64,000 bases of DNA from a virus. Lineage: Duplodnaviria; Caudoviricetes. The position numbers and the translations under genes were made by a program. The notes beneath the pieces were generated by a model. It was given only the letters and a program-made list of their open reading frames with translations. It had not been told where the DNA came from and searched no databases. Within the stretch, counting starts at the first letter, position 1. Every line of letters starts with the position of its first letter. Of this stretch, positions 29,284 to 39,100 are shown piece by piece. The stretch spans positions 118,216-182,215 of IMG/VR virus record IMGVR_UViG_3300031993_000012; one strand, written 5' to 3'.

Positions 29284-29667
29284 ATGAACGGAAACGGTTT
29301 TTCAATGAAAATGATGGATTTGTGTATTATGAATATCTTAAAGGATTCCGTAAGATATCCATATAACATGGAAAATACATTATTAAATTCTGTAATATGG
29401 CAACAATCGTTATGCATACCTATAATACATGATGCAATGTTGATATTAAACGATCGCAGTAAATATTATAAAATGTGGTATAATACATACTACATTAACA
29501 CGATGCTTGAACGTAAAGCTTGGAATGAACGAGAACGTATTCTTAGTAACGCCCGTGAATATATCTATAATCGCAAAAATGAAACACCAATAAATTACTA
29601 TAATTTTGATATGGAACGTTTTGTGTATATGTTAATATCAAGCAAGCGTTTGTATCATCGTAGATGA
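29284..29667 (+). CDS. Hypothetical protein
   Basis: SD GGGGAG; terminator at 29672-29694. Confidence 0.55.
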   Translation: MNGNGFSMKMMDLCIMNILKDSVRYPYNMENTLLNSVIWQQSLCIPIIHDAMLILNDRSKYYKMWYNTYYINTMLERKAWNERERILSNAREYIYNRKNETPINYYNFDMERFVYMLISSKRLYHRR

Positions 29668-29838
29668 AATATTGGGAGCCATTACGGCTCCCAAGAATTT
29701 CATTATTCGATATTTATATTATTCAATAGAATGATAACAAACGGGAAATAATTTCGAGAGGGGTGAAAATTATTATTCAGCTCCCGAATGTCATCATTCT
29801 TATATTAAATGGTTATTAAACCAGAAAGGAAAATCAAT

Positions 29839-30675
29839 ATGTATAATGAAAATTACAGTCGCTTAGACGCTTTGGAGGCCCAGAACATTGCTCTCCGTAA
29901 ACAGCTCGGAGAATTCGGATTCTTCGGACCGAACTATTTACCTCCAAGATTAACAGATATCCGTGAGGATATTGAGAATAAACTCACAGTACGTGAATGG
30001 AAGCTCATAAACAATATGAGCATTTCGTACACACCTGATCAGATTAAAGAATGCGTAAGTATTCTGAATCGTCTGGTATCCGAAGGAGTGTTCGACACAA
30101 CGGCACCGTATTATACTTCGTATTATAATTTCGGTAATCCCACACCATATCCACCAATGGGTGCTGGAGTGGTTGCAGATCCAGCAATCACAAAGGAACT
30201 CACACCTCAGCCTGAAGATACTAAGAATATGATCATAATGTCTGGTATGACGGAGCGCATAAGCGTACCTACTTATTCGGGTGTCGGATTCACCGACCAT
30301 GGAACTCGTATCGAGATTGAGACTGATAAAGTTGGAGTCAATAGTTTAAGTTACATAAAGCTTAGACTCACTGAATCGATTAAGGACAAAAACGTTGTTA
30401 CGATCAATATTCCTGAAAAGTGTATCGAAGATGCACATAACACATTTAAGGGCCATTATGATTACATTGAATCAAATGTGCTTATAACGTGCCCAACAAC
30501 AATCACACTCATTAGTTCAGATATAAAATATGTTGATAATATTATCAACTGCACAATGAAATTATTTGCTAAGATATACGATAAGGATATTGCAGAAGTA
30601 AATAATGAAAATCCCGGACTCATCACAGCAGTAGAAGACGATGAGGAGGTTGTAACAAATAATGAATCTGATTGA
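29839..30675 (+). CDS. Hypothetical early protein
   Basis: SD GAAAGGA, early promoter and structured leader at 29710-29800. Confidence 0.65.
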   Translation: MYNENYSRLDALEAQNIALRKQLGEFGFFGPNYLPPRLTDIREDIENKLTVREWKLINNMSISYTPDQIKECVSILNRLVSEGVFDTTAPYYTSYYNFGNPTPYPPMGAGVVADPAITKELTPQPEDTKNMIIMSGMTERISVPTYSGVGFTDHGTRIEIETDKVGVNSLSYIKLRLTESIKDKNVVTINIPEKCIEDAHNTFKGHYDYIESNVLITCPTTITLISSDIKYVDNIINCTMKLFAKIYDKDIAEVNNENPGLITAVEDDEEVVTNNESD

Positions 30676-30958
30676 TGAATTACGTCGATTGGAGAAATTA
30701 TTTGGTATTAACATCCATGACGTTTGCAGTGTTGCTGTATTCGATATGGATGAACCACATATTCAGGGGTGGCGTATTGCTACCCCTGATACAATGGTAA
30801 TTGACATCGGCAAAACATACATATTTAAAAATGAAAAATATAATTACAGTTACATGATTAAATCATTAACTGATAGAGGATTCAATGCAAATACCATCAG
30901 TAAAATGTTGGATATTGGTGTTGAACAAATAAAATTAATCGGAGGTATAGTAGCATGA
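30662..30958 (+). CDS. Small protein with possible C-terminal HTH
   Basis: LTDRGFNANTISKMLDIGVEQIK. Confidence 0.5.
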   Translation: MNLIDELRRLEKLFGINIHDVCSVAVFDMDEPHIQGWRIATPDTMVIDIGKTYIFKNEKYNYSYMIKSLTDRGFNANTISKMLDIGVEQIKLIGGIVA

Positions 30959-31617
30959 TAGATGAGAATTATATAAAAATGGATGGAGAACCCGACAGCT
31001 TTGAAGGAGGCGCAATCAGATACTCGAAAAAAGGAAAAGGTCGTTATGATCTAATCCCGAACGATGTTGTATATTTCATATTAGGATTTGCTGGTTTGTT
31101 GTTCAAAGAGAAGCCGGACACGATATTTTTGTTATCGGATGTATTGAAAGACGCGTATATAGACGACCGTCAAAGATACATAAAAGCCATAATTGATTTT
31201 GTGGCTTTAGAGTATGTTTATCATACCGATGAAGATGACAAGTACAATTTGGTCGCTGTTAATTATAATGATTGGTTGATCGGTTTTGTTAAAGCATTGC
31301 GCGATTTAGCCATACATTATGAGTACGGTGCAGAAAAATACGGTGTGGACAATTGGAAGCAGGGTATTCCAATTACCGGTGGTGAACGTGGTGGTTCGTT
31401 TACTGATTCCGGACTTCGACATCTCACCCAGTGGTTTCTCGGTGAGACAGATGAAAAACATGGAGTTGCATTCATGTGGAACTTCATGAATGCTGCACAT
31501 TTACAGTTGCAACAAACATCAACAAGAGTCGAACAGATTCTCGAAGAACGTTATCAGAAAAATAAAAAGATAGCGAACGAAGATATTCATGATTTCGATG
31601 ATAATATAACCGATTAA
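30955..31617 (+). CDS. dATP/dGTP diphosphohydrolase-like (DUF5664) protein
   Basis: GAIR...GKGRYDLIP...HYEYGAEKYGVDNWKQGIP...DSGLRHL..W..GETDEKH...WN. Confidence 0.8.
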   Translation: MIDENYIKMDGEPDSFEGGAIRYSKKGKGRYDLIPNDVVYFILGFAGLLFKEKPDTIFLLSDVLKDAYIDDRQRYIKAIIDFVALEYVYHTDEDDKYNLVAVNYNDWLIGFVKALRDLAIHYEYGAEKYGVDNWKQGIPITGGERGGSFTDSGLRHLTQWFLGETDEKHGVAFMWNFMNAAHLQLQQTSTRVEQILEERYQKNKKIANEDIHDFDDNITD

Positions 31618-31654
31618 TTTAAATGTACCCGGGCATTACGCCTGGGTTTCTTTT

Positions 31655-32236
31655 TTATTCTCCATCTGTTGGTTCAAATAATTTTACGTCATATTCTTTG
31701 TCGTTGATTACGATACGACCGTAACCAATTGCTGCAGATGAATCACTTTCGGGATCATCTGGTTCGGGTGTTGATGGTGTTTCAGGTTCTGGTGGATTGG
31801 TTGGTTTATTACCGGGACGGTATCCATCATCATATACTCCAAGTTCATTTGGAATACCACTGATTTCACATACATTGAGGAAACATCCTGCAGAGAAGTT
31901 TGGTCTGATACAGTAGTGACAATGTGAACCAAAGCTGTATCCAGTATCACCTTCGATACCAATTACATCTGTACAGTTTACTTGTGCACCAGTGTATGTT
32001 TTGATTTCTGACAGATGTCCATAATAATAGTAACGATTATCAGTACCAAGGATACATACGAATTGACCAAAACCTTGTCTGTGATTGGAATCATTCTCCC
32101 ATCCAGCATAGATAACTCGACCGCTGATAGTAGCATGAATCTCTTTAGAATCAATACCAACCAGATCGAGTCCATCATGGGCAGAACCTTTGAATTGTTG
32201 AGTAACACGGAATTGACCGCAATACGGTGAGTTCAT
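31655..32236 (-). CDS. M23 family peptidase (candidate endolysin or virion lysin)
   Basis: HDGLDL, YYYGHL, GDTGYSFGSHCHY; late motif at 32260. Confidence 0.9.
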   Translation of the reverse strand: MNSPYCGQFRVTQQFKGSAHDGLDLVGIDSKEIHATISGRVIYAGWENDSNHRQGFGQFVCILGTDNRYYYYGHLSEIKTYTGAQVNCTDVIGIEGDTGYSFGSHCHYCIRPNFSAGCFLNVCEISGIPNELGVYDDGYRPGNKPTNPPEPETPSTPEPDDPESDSSAAIGYGRIVINDKEYDVKLFEPTDGE

Positions 32237-32373
32237 ATACTCACATCCTTTCGTTATTTTTATCGATGAGTTGAAACCTAATGTATACTAGAATTTGGCA
32301 ATTCTACATATATATTATTCTTATGGACAGATGCGAGAGTATTTGTTACATTATAATTGAAAGGAATTCATAT

Positions 32374-33075
32374 ATGGATATTTGTTCAATGATCAAAGAA
32401 ACAAAATTGAATGGTGGTGATATATGGATAACTTCAGATCTACACATGCTAAAACGTGGAAAGGATACTCCGAGAATAGTATCAAATGATGAAGTTATCA
32501 AGAATATTACCAAAGCAGCCAGTACTATGATTACTGAAAATGATATGCTGATCTTTTTAGGAGATTTATTAGATGATACAATCCCGAGAACGATAGCAGT
32601 ATGTGAATTTAGTGAATTCACAAAAATGATTAAATGCAAACGTAAGGTGTGGATAAGAGGTAACAATGACATGTTATCTGATAAATTGTTGAAGAACAAT
32701 GGATGGGATGTATGTTATTCAGCAGTCGGAAAATATAATAAACATGTCATTGTATTCTCTCATACATCATTGGAAATGGTCGGTCGCCCATGTATAAATA
32801 TTCATGGACATATGCATCGAAACGATAACAATACAATGTATTATTATCATGATCCAATACGGTGTATAAATGTGGCGCCGATTACATGTAAAGGTTATTT
32901 TATTAATATAGACGTGATCGATCACATGATCGACGAGAAAGTATGGACGAACAATGTATCAGCATGGTCGGGTGAAGAGAAACCCGGCATGAGTAAATTT
33001 ATCTATGAACAAGCAATGGATGAATTCAACGATGACGTGCTTCATGTTGTATTTGGAGGAGGTGAAAAAGAATGA
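32374..33075 (+). CDS. Calcineurin-like metallophosphoesterase
   Basis: WITSDLH, LGDL, RGNND, FSH, IHGHMH. Confidence 0.88.
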   Translation: MDICSMIKETKLNGGDIWITSDLHMLKRGKDTPRIVSNDEVIKNITKAASTMITENDMLIFLGDLLDDTIPRTIAVCEFSEFTKMIKCKRKVWIRGNNDMLSDKLLKNNGWDVCYSAVGKYNKHVIVFSHTSLEMVGRPCINIHGHMHRNDNNTMYYYHDPIRCINVAPITCKGYFINIDVIDHMIDEKVWTNNVSAWSGEEKPGMSKFIYEQAMDEFNDDVLHVVFGGGEKE

Positions 33076-33242
33076 TTGATATAATATCAAGAGTTGTTGC
33101 AGGAATAATCGCAATTGTGTTTGCAGTATTAACAATATTAGCCGAACAGAAAGTGGAACGTACCAGAAGTGCACGTTCTACAGCATCGATGCTTATATCA
33201 TTATGCGTATATTGTGCATCAATGATTGCAGTATTAGAGTGA
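33072..33242 (+). CDS. Small two-TM membrane protein (56 aa, not in the ORF track)
   Basis: SD GGAGGTG; MIDIISRVVAGIIAIVFAVLTILAEQ...MLISLCVYCASMIAVLE. Confidence 0.6.
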   Translation: MIDIISRVVAGIIAIVFAVLTILAEQKVERTRSARSTASMLISLCVYCASMIAVLE

Positions 33243-33246
33243 GGAG

Positions 33247-33618
33247 TTGATTAAGATGAACGGATATACTCGAGCATTTTTACAGACTATGGTGACAAGC
33301 TGGTACAGACCATCACTGAAAGACGACAACGAACGTGGTGCACACTGGTATATGACCGCATTAAGATTGTCGAAGATGATGAATTCGGTATTAGTACCGG
33401 ATGATGTTGAAAGAGATGTCGTTGAAAAATTCATTAAAGATGGCCATTCTGTTATGATGAACGACGGAATGACCGCATTAGGTGAATGGATAGAAAGTGA
33501 GTCAATTAATTTGGGAATTTTCCCAGATGTAGACACGATGAAAGAATTGTGTCGCCAAGCGTACATATATTCCGGAGCAATAATGGCTCAGATCGATCCT
33601 TTAATAATAGAGGAATAA
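33247..33618 (+). CDS. Hypothetical protein
   Basis: SD GAGGAG; terminator at 33629-33655. Confidence 0.6.
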   Translation: MIKMNGYTRAFLQTMVTSWYRPSLKDDNERGAHWYMTALRLSKMMNSVLVPDDVERDVVEKFIKDGHSVMMNDGMTALGEWIESESINLGIFPDVDTMKELCRQAYIYSGAIMAQIDPLIIEE

Positions 33619-33678
33619 TAATTTATTTAGAACCCCGATTAACACCCGGGGTTCTCTTTTTGTAAAGAAGGTGATATA

Positions 33679-34212
33679 ATGTTAACAGAATCATTGAACG
33701 TAGATTCATTCAGAATAAAATGTAAGTTCCCCAAATCAATAATGATGAATTTATTCATTCCTACATTCAGTAAGTTTGATCATATTTGGCATATCAAATA
33801 CAATGATGAACCATTGACGATTATTGATGAATCGTATGATGGTGAACATATGTATCTGTATTATTATACTGAATCAGGTGAACGTTTTGATATCGTAGAT
33901 GGTGACATTATTCGTTTGGATCTTGAGATATGGAATGCACGTGGAGCCAGAAGGTTCATGGGTAAAACGAATCTCAATGCAGATGAGATAGTTTATGTAT
34001 GTGAAACATGGAAGGTTGTAGAACAATCCAATGGTCACAATAAATTTGAGATGATCGAAACAGATGATGTCATTATAACTGAATTGCTTAAACCACGATG
34101 GGATATGAACATGTTCCAGAAGAAGATCAAGATGGAATCAGAACCCTCGGTTATCGATGTTGACTTTGTTGAAGTTAACGAGAATCAAATTGAAATGAAA
34201 GGAGACAATTAA
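33679..34212 (+). CDS. Hypothetical protein
   Basis: SD GAAGGTG; operonic. Confidence 0.6.
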   Translation: MLTESLNVDSFRIKCKFPKSIMMNLFIPTFSKFDHIWHIKYNDEPLTIIDESYDGEHMYLYYYTESGERFDIVDGDIIRLDLEIWNARGARRFMGKTNLNADEIVYVCETWKVVEQSNGHNKFEMIETDDVIITELLKPRWDMNMFQKKIKMESEPSVIDVDFVEVNENQIEMKGDN

Positions 34213-34213
34213 T

Positions 34214-34537
34214 ATGAATGAAACATTATTAGCAGAACTTGTATCCGAGTTACATAATATCAATTTGAATCTGATTGAATTAAAGGATGCAATTATCGGA
34301 GGAAAGAATACTGCATCGGATAAACATGAACAAAAACATGAAGAACCAATTAATATTGATTTAGAAGGTTTATTCTCGAATACATTATCATCATATTGTA
34401 TTTGTGATGAATGTACTGAAAATAATGATGGATGTTGTTCCAAGAATATGCCATTGTATAATAAGTGTCAGGTATGTATGTATTACATAAATGATGCTGT
34501 CTACAGACCTATACTCGAAGGAACAGAACAGATTTAA
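34214..34537 (+). CDS. Hypothetical protein with Cys-rich C-terminus
   Basis: CICDEC...GCC...CQVC. Confidence 0.6.
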   Translation: MNETLLAELVSELHNINLNLIELKDAIIGGKNTASDKHEQKHEEPINIDLEGLFSNTLSSYCICDECTENNDGCCSKNMPLYNKCQVCMYYINDAVYRPILEGTEQI

Positions 34538-34541
34538 ATAT

Positions 34542-34564
34542 ACACCCGGGTATATCCCGGGTGT
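34542..34564. terminator. Bidirectional hairpin terminator at the end of the RT gene
   Basis: ACACCCGGG-TATAT-CCCGGGTGT between convergent genes. Confidence 0.75.
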
Positions 34565-35649
34565 TATTTTCTTATTTTAAGTTTGTATGCAGTACCAACA
34601 TCTTTGATACTGACTCTCCAATGTTTATATACAGGAAATACATACTTTCGTTGGAGATTATATCCATTTGAGTGATATGCGAATCCTCTCAATGAACCAA
34701 TGCAACACCGACGATGCAATGTCATCATTTTTCCGTTATAGGCAATACATTTAATCTTTAAATTATTTTTTATTCTCTTCCGTAATAATACACGATCTGG
34801 AAACAAATTATATCCAACAAAATCTAATCCTTCTTCCAATGTCCTAATCAGATAATTCGGTTTAACAACCAATCCTTCATCTAGTAGTATACTGATAACA
34901 AGATCAGCTAATAATCTCAACTCCCCAGTATTGTCTCCAAACAATACCATGTCATCCATATATCTGTAATAATGTTTGATGCGATATCGTTCTTTCATCA
35001 GATGATCGAATTCTGTCAAATACAGATTACCACTGAATTGTGATAGATAGTTACCAATGGGAACTCCTTCGTTAGGTTCAACTGAATCTATGACGTTAAA
35101 TATCAATCCAAGTAAATCAGGATCTTTGAATAATTTATAATATTTCTCCTTCAATCGTTCATGGTCAATTGATGGATAGAATTTACGAATATCCATTTTA
35201 AGATAATACCTCATGTCGGGTAATCCACGTTTGTAATAGTAGTATGTAGCAGCATGGATACGTTTCATACATGCAAGCGGACCTTTTCCTTTGATAGAAG
35301 AATATGTATCATATATGAAGTGACGTTCCATAATAGGACCAATGATTTGTAGGATTGCCCATTGTACTATTCGATCTGGATAGTACGGGAGCTTGTATAT
35401 CTTCCGGAGTTTCTCACCTTCCTCACGTTCAAATACGTCGTATTGAGATGTCTGGAATGTGCGATTGAGTAATGATTCTTGGATTTGTTTCAGATAATAG
35501 TCTGGATTGGAATTAACCATCTTGACTTCCTTATAGAATGCTTTTCCACGAGATGCATTATAATGTGCAAGTCGTAAATTATCCATATCACAAATAGCAT
35601 CAAAAAGTGTCACCCCGGGATCACCCGGGTAGTAACGATATCTAATCAT
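34564..35649 (-). CDS. DGR reverse transcriptase
   Basis: KLRKIYKLPYYPDRIVQWAI, LKMDIRKFYPSIDH, the DGR-type GVPIGNYLSQ, YRYMDD and GLDFVGY. 361 aa, no maturase or endonuclease domain, TR immediately upstream. Confidence 0.95.
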   Translation of the reverse strand: MIRYRYYPGDPGVTLFDAICDMDNLRLAHYNASRGKAFYKEVKMVNSNPDYYLKQIQESLLNRTFQTSQYDVFEREEGEKLRKIYKLPYYPDRIVQWAILQIIGPIMERHFIYDTYSSIKGKGPLACMKRIHAATYYYYKRGLPDMRYYLKMDIRKFYPSIDHERLKEKYYKLFKDPDLLGLIFNVIDSVEPNEGVPIGNYLSQFSGNLYLTEFDHLMKERYRIKHYYRYMDDMVLFGDNTGELRLLADLVISILLDEGLVVKPNYLIRTLEEGLDFVGYNLFPDRVLLRKRIKNNLKIKCIAYNGKMMTLHRRCCIGSLRGFAYHSNGYNLQRKYVFPVYKHWRVSIKDVGTAYKLKIRK

Positions 35650-35793
35650 ATTTATTCTCCTTTATATTGTTTTTGCTTATGTGAATAACAGAGTCTTCGA
35701 AAACCTACCAACACCGTTTGTTCGTGCCATTTGTTCGTCGTATAGACTGGTACATGTTAGGTATAGCTGTTTGCCATGTATGATAACATGACG

Positions 35794-35907
35794 ACATAAG
35801 TACGTGTGCCGATATTACGATTCCGATTCGAGGTAGCATTATTCACATTCCAATAGAAAACACTGGCATTCGACGAATTATTCCAATTACTGCCCAAATG
35901 AGCTGTT
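35794..35907 (-). repeat. DGR template repeat (TR) with IMH*-like 3' end
   Basis: 35803-35906 aligns without gaps to 36172-36275; all 23 mismatches are at TR adenines; rich in AAT codons. Confidence 0.96.
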
Positions 35908-36039
35908 AATCTATTTTCGATAAGACTACTAGCGGACTAAATATCAACCTAATATACCATGCGTAAAATCGTCAATCTGTAAAGATCATGGGGATACGCT
36001 CTTATCTCAGTTCGATTAAATGTATGTTATAAATTTGGT

Positions 36040-36112
36040 GAACCCCAAAGAACATGAAGTCCTTTGGGGTTCGTGTAAAATCGAATCCGTATATCGTGGA
36101 TTCGATTTTACA
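36040..36112. promoter_or_regulatory. Two tandem hairpins downstream of VR (candidate DGR target-recognition cruciforms)
   Basis: GAACCCCAAAG/CTTTGGGGTTC (36040-36072) and TGTAAAATCGAATCC/GGATTCGATTTTACA (36074-36112). Confidence 0.7.
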
Positions 36113-36149
36113 ATTATTATTTATAAATATACACCGAGACTTATTAAAT

Positions 36150-39100
36150 TCACGAAGGAATATACATAAGCCGCGCGCCGAGAACACGACTCCGAGCCGA
36201 GGCAGCACCATACACATACCAATAGAAAACACCGGCACGCGACGAATCATTCCAACAACCGCCCAAACGAGCCGCCCTATAACCATTAAGATTAGCCGTT
36301 TTATAGAAGTAATCGCCAACTGTCGTAGAAGCCGAAGCACCACCGCTACCAGCAGTTGATGGCATGAATACCCAGTCATATTTATCATTACCCCAACCGA
36401 AGTATTTAACATAACCATCTGTATTAGCAACAGTAAATCCGGCTGATTCATAGTTAGATGTATTGGTATCAGAGAAGTTCATATCTGTACATACATATGG
36501 AACACCACCACGTTGTGAACCATTGCCATATATGTTAATTCCATCAACCCATTTCCATATGTTACCCCACATATTTTCAATACCACGATAGTTAGCAGAT
36601 GTGGTTGTTGAAGATGTGTACGTTGTTTCTGTTCCACCTATTTCATTAATAGTAGAAGCAGCACGACCCGTTGTATTTCCAACCGTACTACCAACATATG
36701 ATGCACAGTTATACGACGAGTTATCAGTAATACCAACTACACCGTTAGCGATAGCAACCTGTGAGTTACAACCATATTCAACAGTAATCAACATCTGAAT
36801 TGCCGATGCGAGTTTGAATGTAAGAGCATACCATCCAGCTCCACGGTTCTTCGCAATCTTCATGGCATTCGGACGTGTGAGTTGTTGTGTTAAACCAGAT
36901 GCAGGTTTAACATGAACTGTTGTACCACTGTTATCAACATAACCAATTGATGCTAACAAATCTCCTGTGGATGCAGTAAAGTCAACAGTTTGTGCATCGG
37001 TTGTATTATATGCTGATGCAGATGTATCGTATGTTGAACCTTCGAATGCAGAACAAAGAACATAGTTAACCTCATCACCGTTAGCATTAATAAATGCAGG
37101 ATGGAGTTTGTAACCGTCGAGTTGTATATCAGAGATGCTGTAGGTTGCTTCGTGGATGTCGTAACCATAATCAGGATTATTAGAATCAACAAGTTGTTTA
37201 TCGGTAATATTGACTTTGTAATAGAACTTCGGAATGTATACCATTACCTGTCCATTAGAACCATCTTCTGTATATGATGTATCTCCGTAGTATGCGGTGA
37301 TTGTACCATCGTCTGATACATTGCAACGACCCATCATATTATATGCACGAAGATTCAATACTGATCCTGTTGTGGATGTTGTGTCGTTTTCATAATTGAT
37401 TGTACGTGATGCTGAAATAGATGGATAGTCGTAAACGAAATGTGTTGTGTTAGGTGCACCCCATGGATATCCAGTTACTTCATTCTCCGACCATGGAACA
37501 TATACAGTTTCGAGGCTGGTTGCAGAAGTGAAGAGGTTTTGTGAGAGTGAAGTTGGAGTTGATTTAAACTCAATGGATTTTATATTCGATGAAAGGTACA
37601 TCCATGTTAGTGAGTCATCAGGTTTGTTATTGATAATTATGTCAGTTGGCTGGTGATTATTATTATAACGAATTACTTCGACAAATGGTGGAGTTGGTGC
37701 AGGTGGTACATTTACGACTATACTATTATAAAGAGTTGTATCATATGTATCATTTTCAGTAATCTCTGTTGGATATGCAGTTTGTGGAACCAATGCACCA
37801 GAGTTAACAACTTTACCCTCATCTGATGATGAATATGTATTTGGAACGTTTACGGTTATTTCATCATAACCAATGGTATTAAGATCGTTGTATGTAATCG
37901 AAGTTAAAGATGGTTTAACGGTTGTATTGACATTGAATGTGTTATGACCAACAGTAGTCGGAATCTGAACTTGTGCCTGAACACTTGAGAGTGTGTCTGC
38001 ATAATCACCGATACGCATCAATGGTTCGTTGACTATGCCAGTTGTGGGTTCTGCCAATACGTACCAAACTGTGACGGGTGTTCCTGCAGCGTATTGCTGT
38101 TGGAGATATGTTTTGAAGTCATCAACTGTACTTATTAAATCGGGACGGATTCTGAATTGCGAATTTCCACTCATCGCGATTCCAATATCTTCTGTTGTAC
38201 TTGAAATATTGGCGTTAACATATCTATCGCTTATAATTGTCGCCCAGCTTCTTGCATCATCGATGCTTAGATAGAAAAATCGTGTATTTCCACTACCTGA
38301 TGTCTGTAACGCTTCTGTTCCTGTGAACTCATACTTCTTAATCTTCCTCGTGGATTGAACATTACCGAGATAAATATTATTAACATCAGTATTATCTGAT
38401 ATTGAAAGTTTGTATCCATACGGCTCATAGGGTAAGGCTGTACTGCCTACATTAACCATAACCCAAAAACCATTTGAAATTATTTGTGATTCACTCTTTT
38501 TGTCTGCTCCTGCTCTAATTGCAAAATCGATTTGTGTCGTTCCCTCAGGTGCTGTAAACGTTGACCCGGTATAATCCGTATCACTTAAAGATGAGATATA
38601 TGTGTCACCGTTCCAAAAATATACACTCATTGACGGATTTTCGATTGACATTGAGCTGATTGTAAATTCAGTCCCTGCCGATATTGGTATTTTTGGAGAT
38701 AACCATTCACCGTTTGTATTGGTCGACGTCCATTGACCATTATACGCAAAACGATAACCCACCAACCAACCGTTTACTGCTCTAATAGATTGACATAAAT
38801 TTCCCGTCTTGTCACCGGTACCATTTACAGCAACTGGACTACTCGGAGTAGGAGTTCCATTCTGTACAGTCTGTCCAGTGATAGAATACGATATTAATGG
38901 ATCACCAATTGATTCGAATTCAATTGGTAAAGTATCGGATGTGATAGTTTTGTTTACTCCAAGCTTATAATATGATATTGATGTTGATGATGGTTTAACA
39001 GTTAAATCATAATCAATAAGATTATTACCGGTTACAGTTGGAAGGGTAATATCAGAATTCGTTAATGTTAACTGGTCGGAGTAATCACCAATCTTCATGA

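Noticed and set aside
34564-35649. RT as a group II intron, retron or Abi RT
   Set aside because: It has the DGR-type SQ motif, no maturase/HNH or retron VTG motif, and an adjacent TR/VR pair.
36002-36451. 149-aa alternative-frame ORF over the VR as a possible Avd
   Set aside because: It overlaps the target gene in another frame, has no SD and shows no Avd-like helical pattern.
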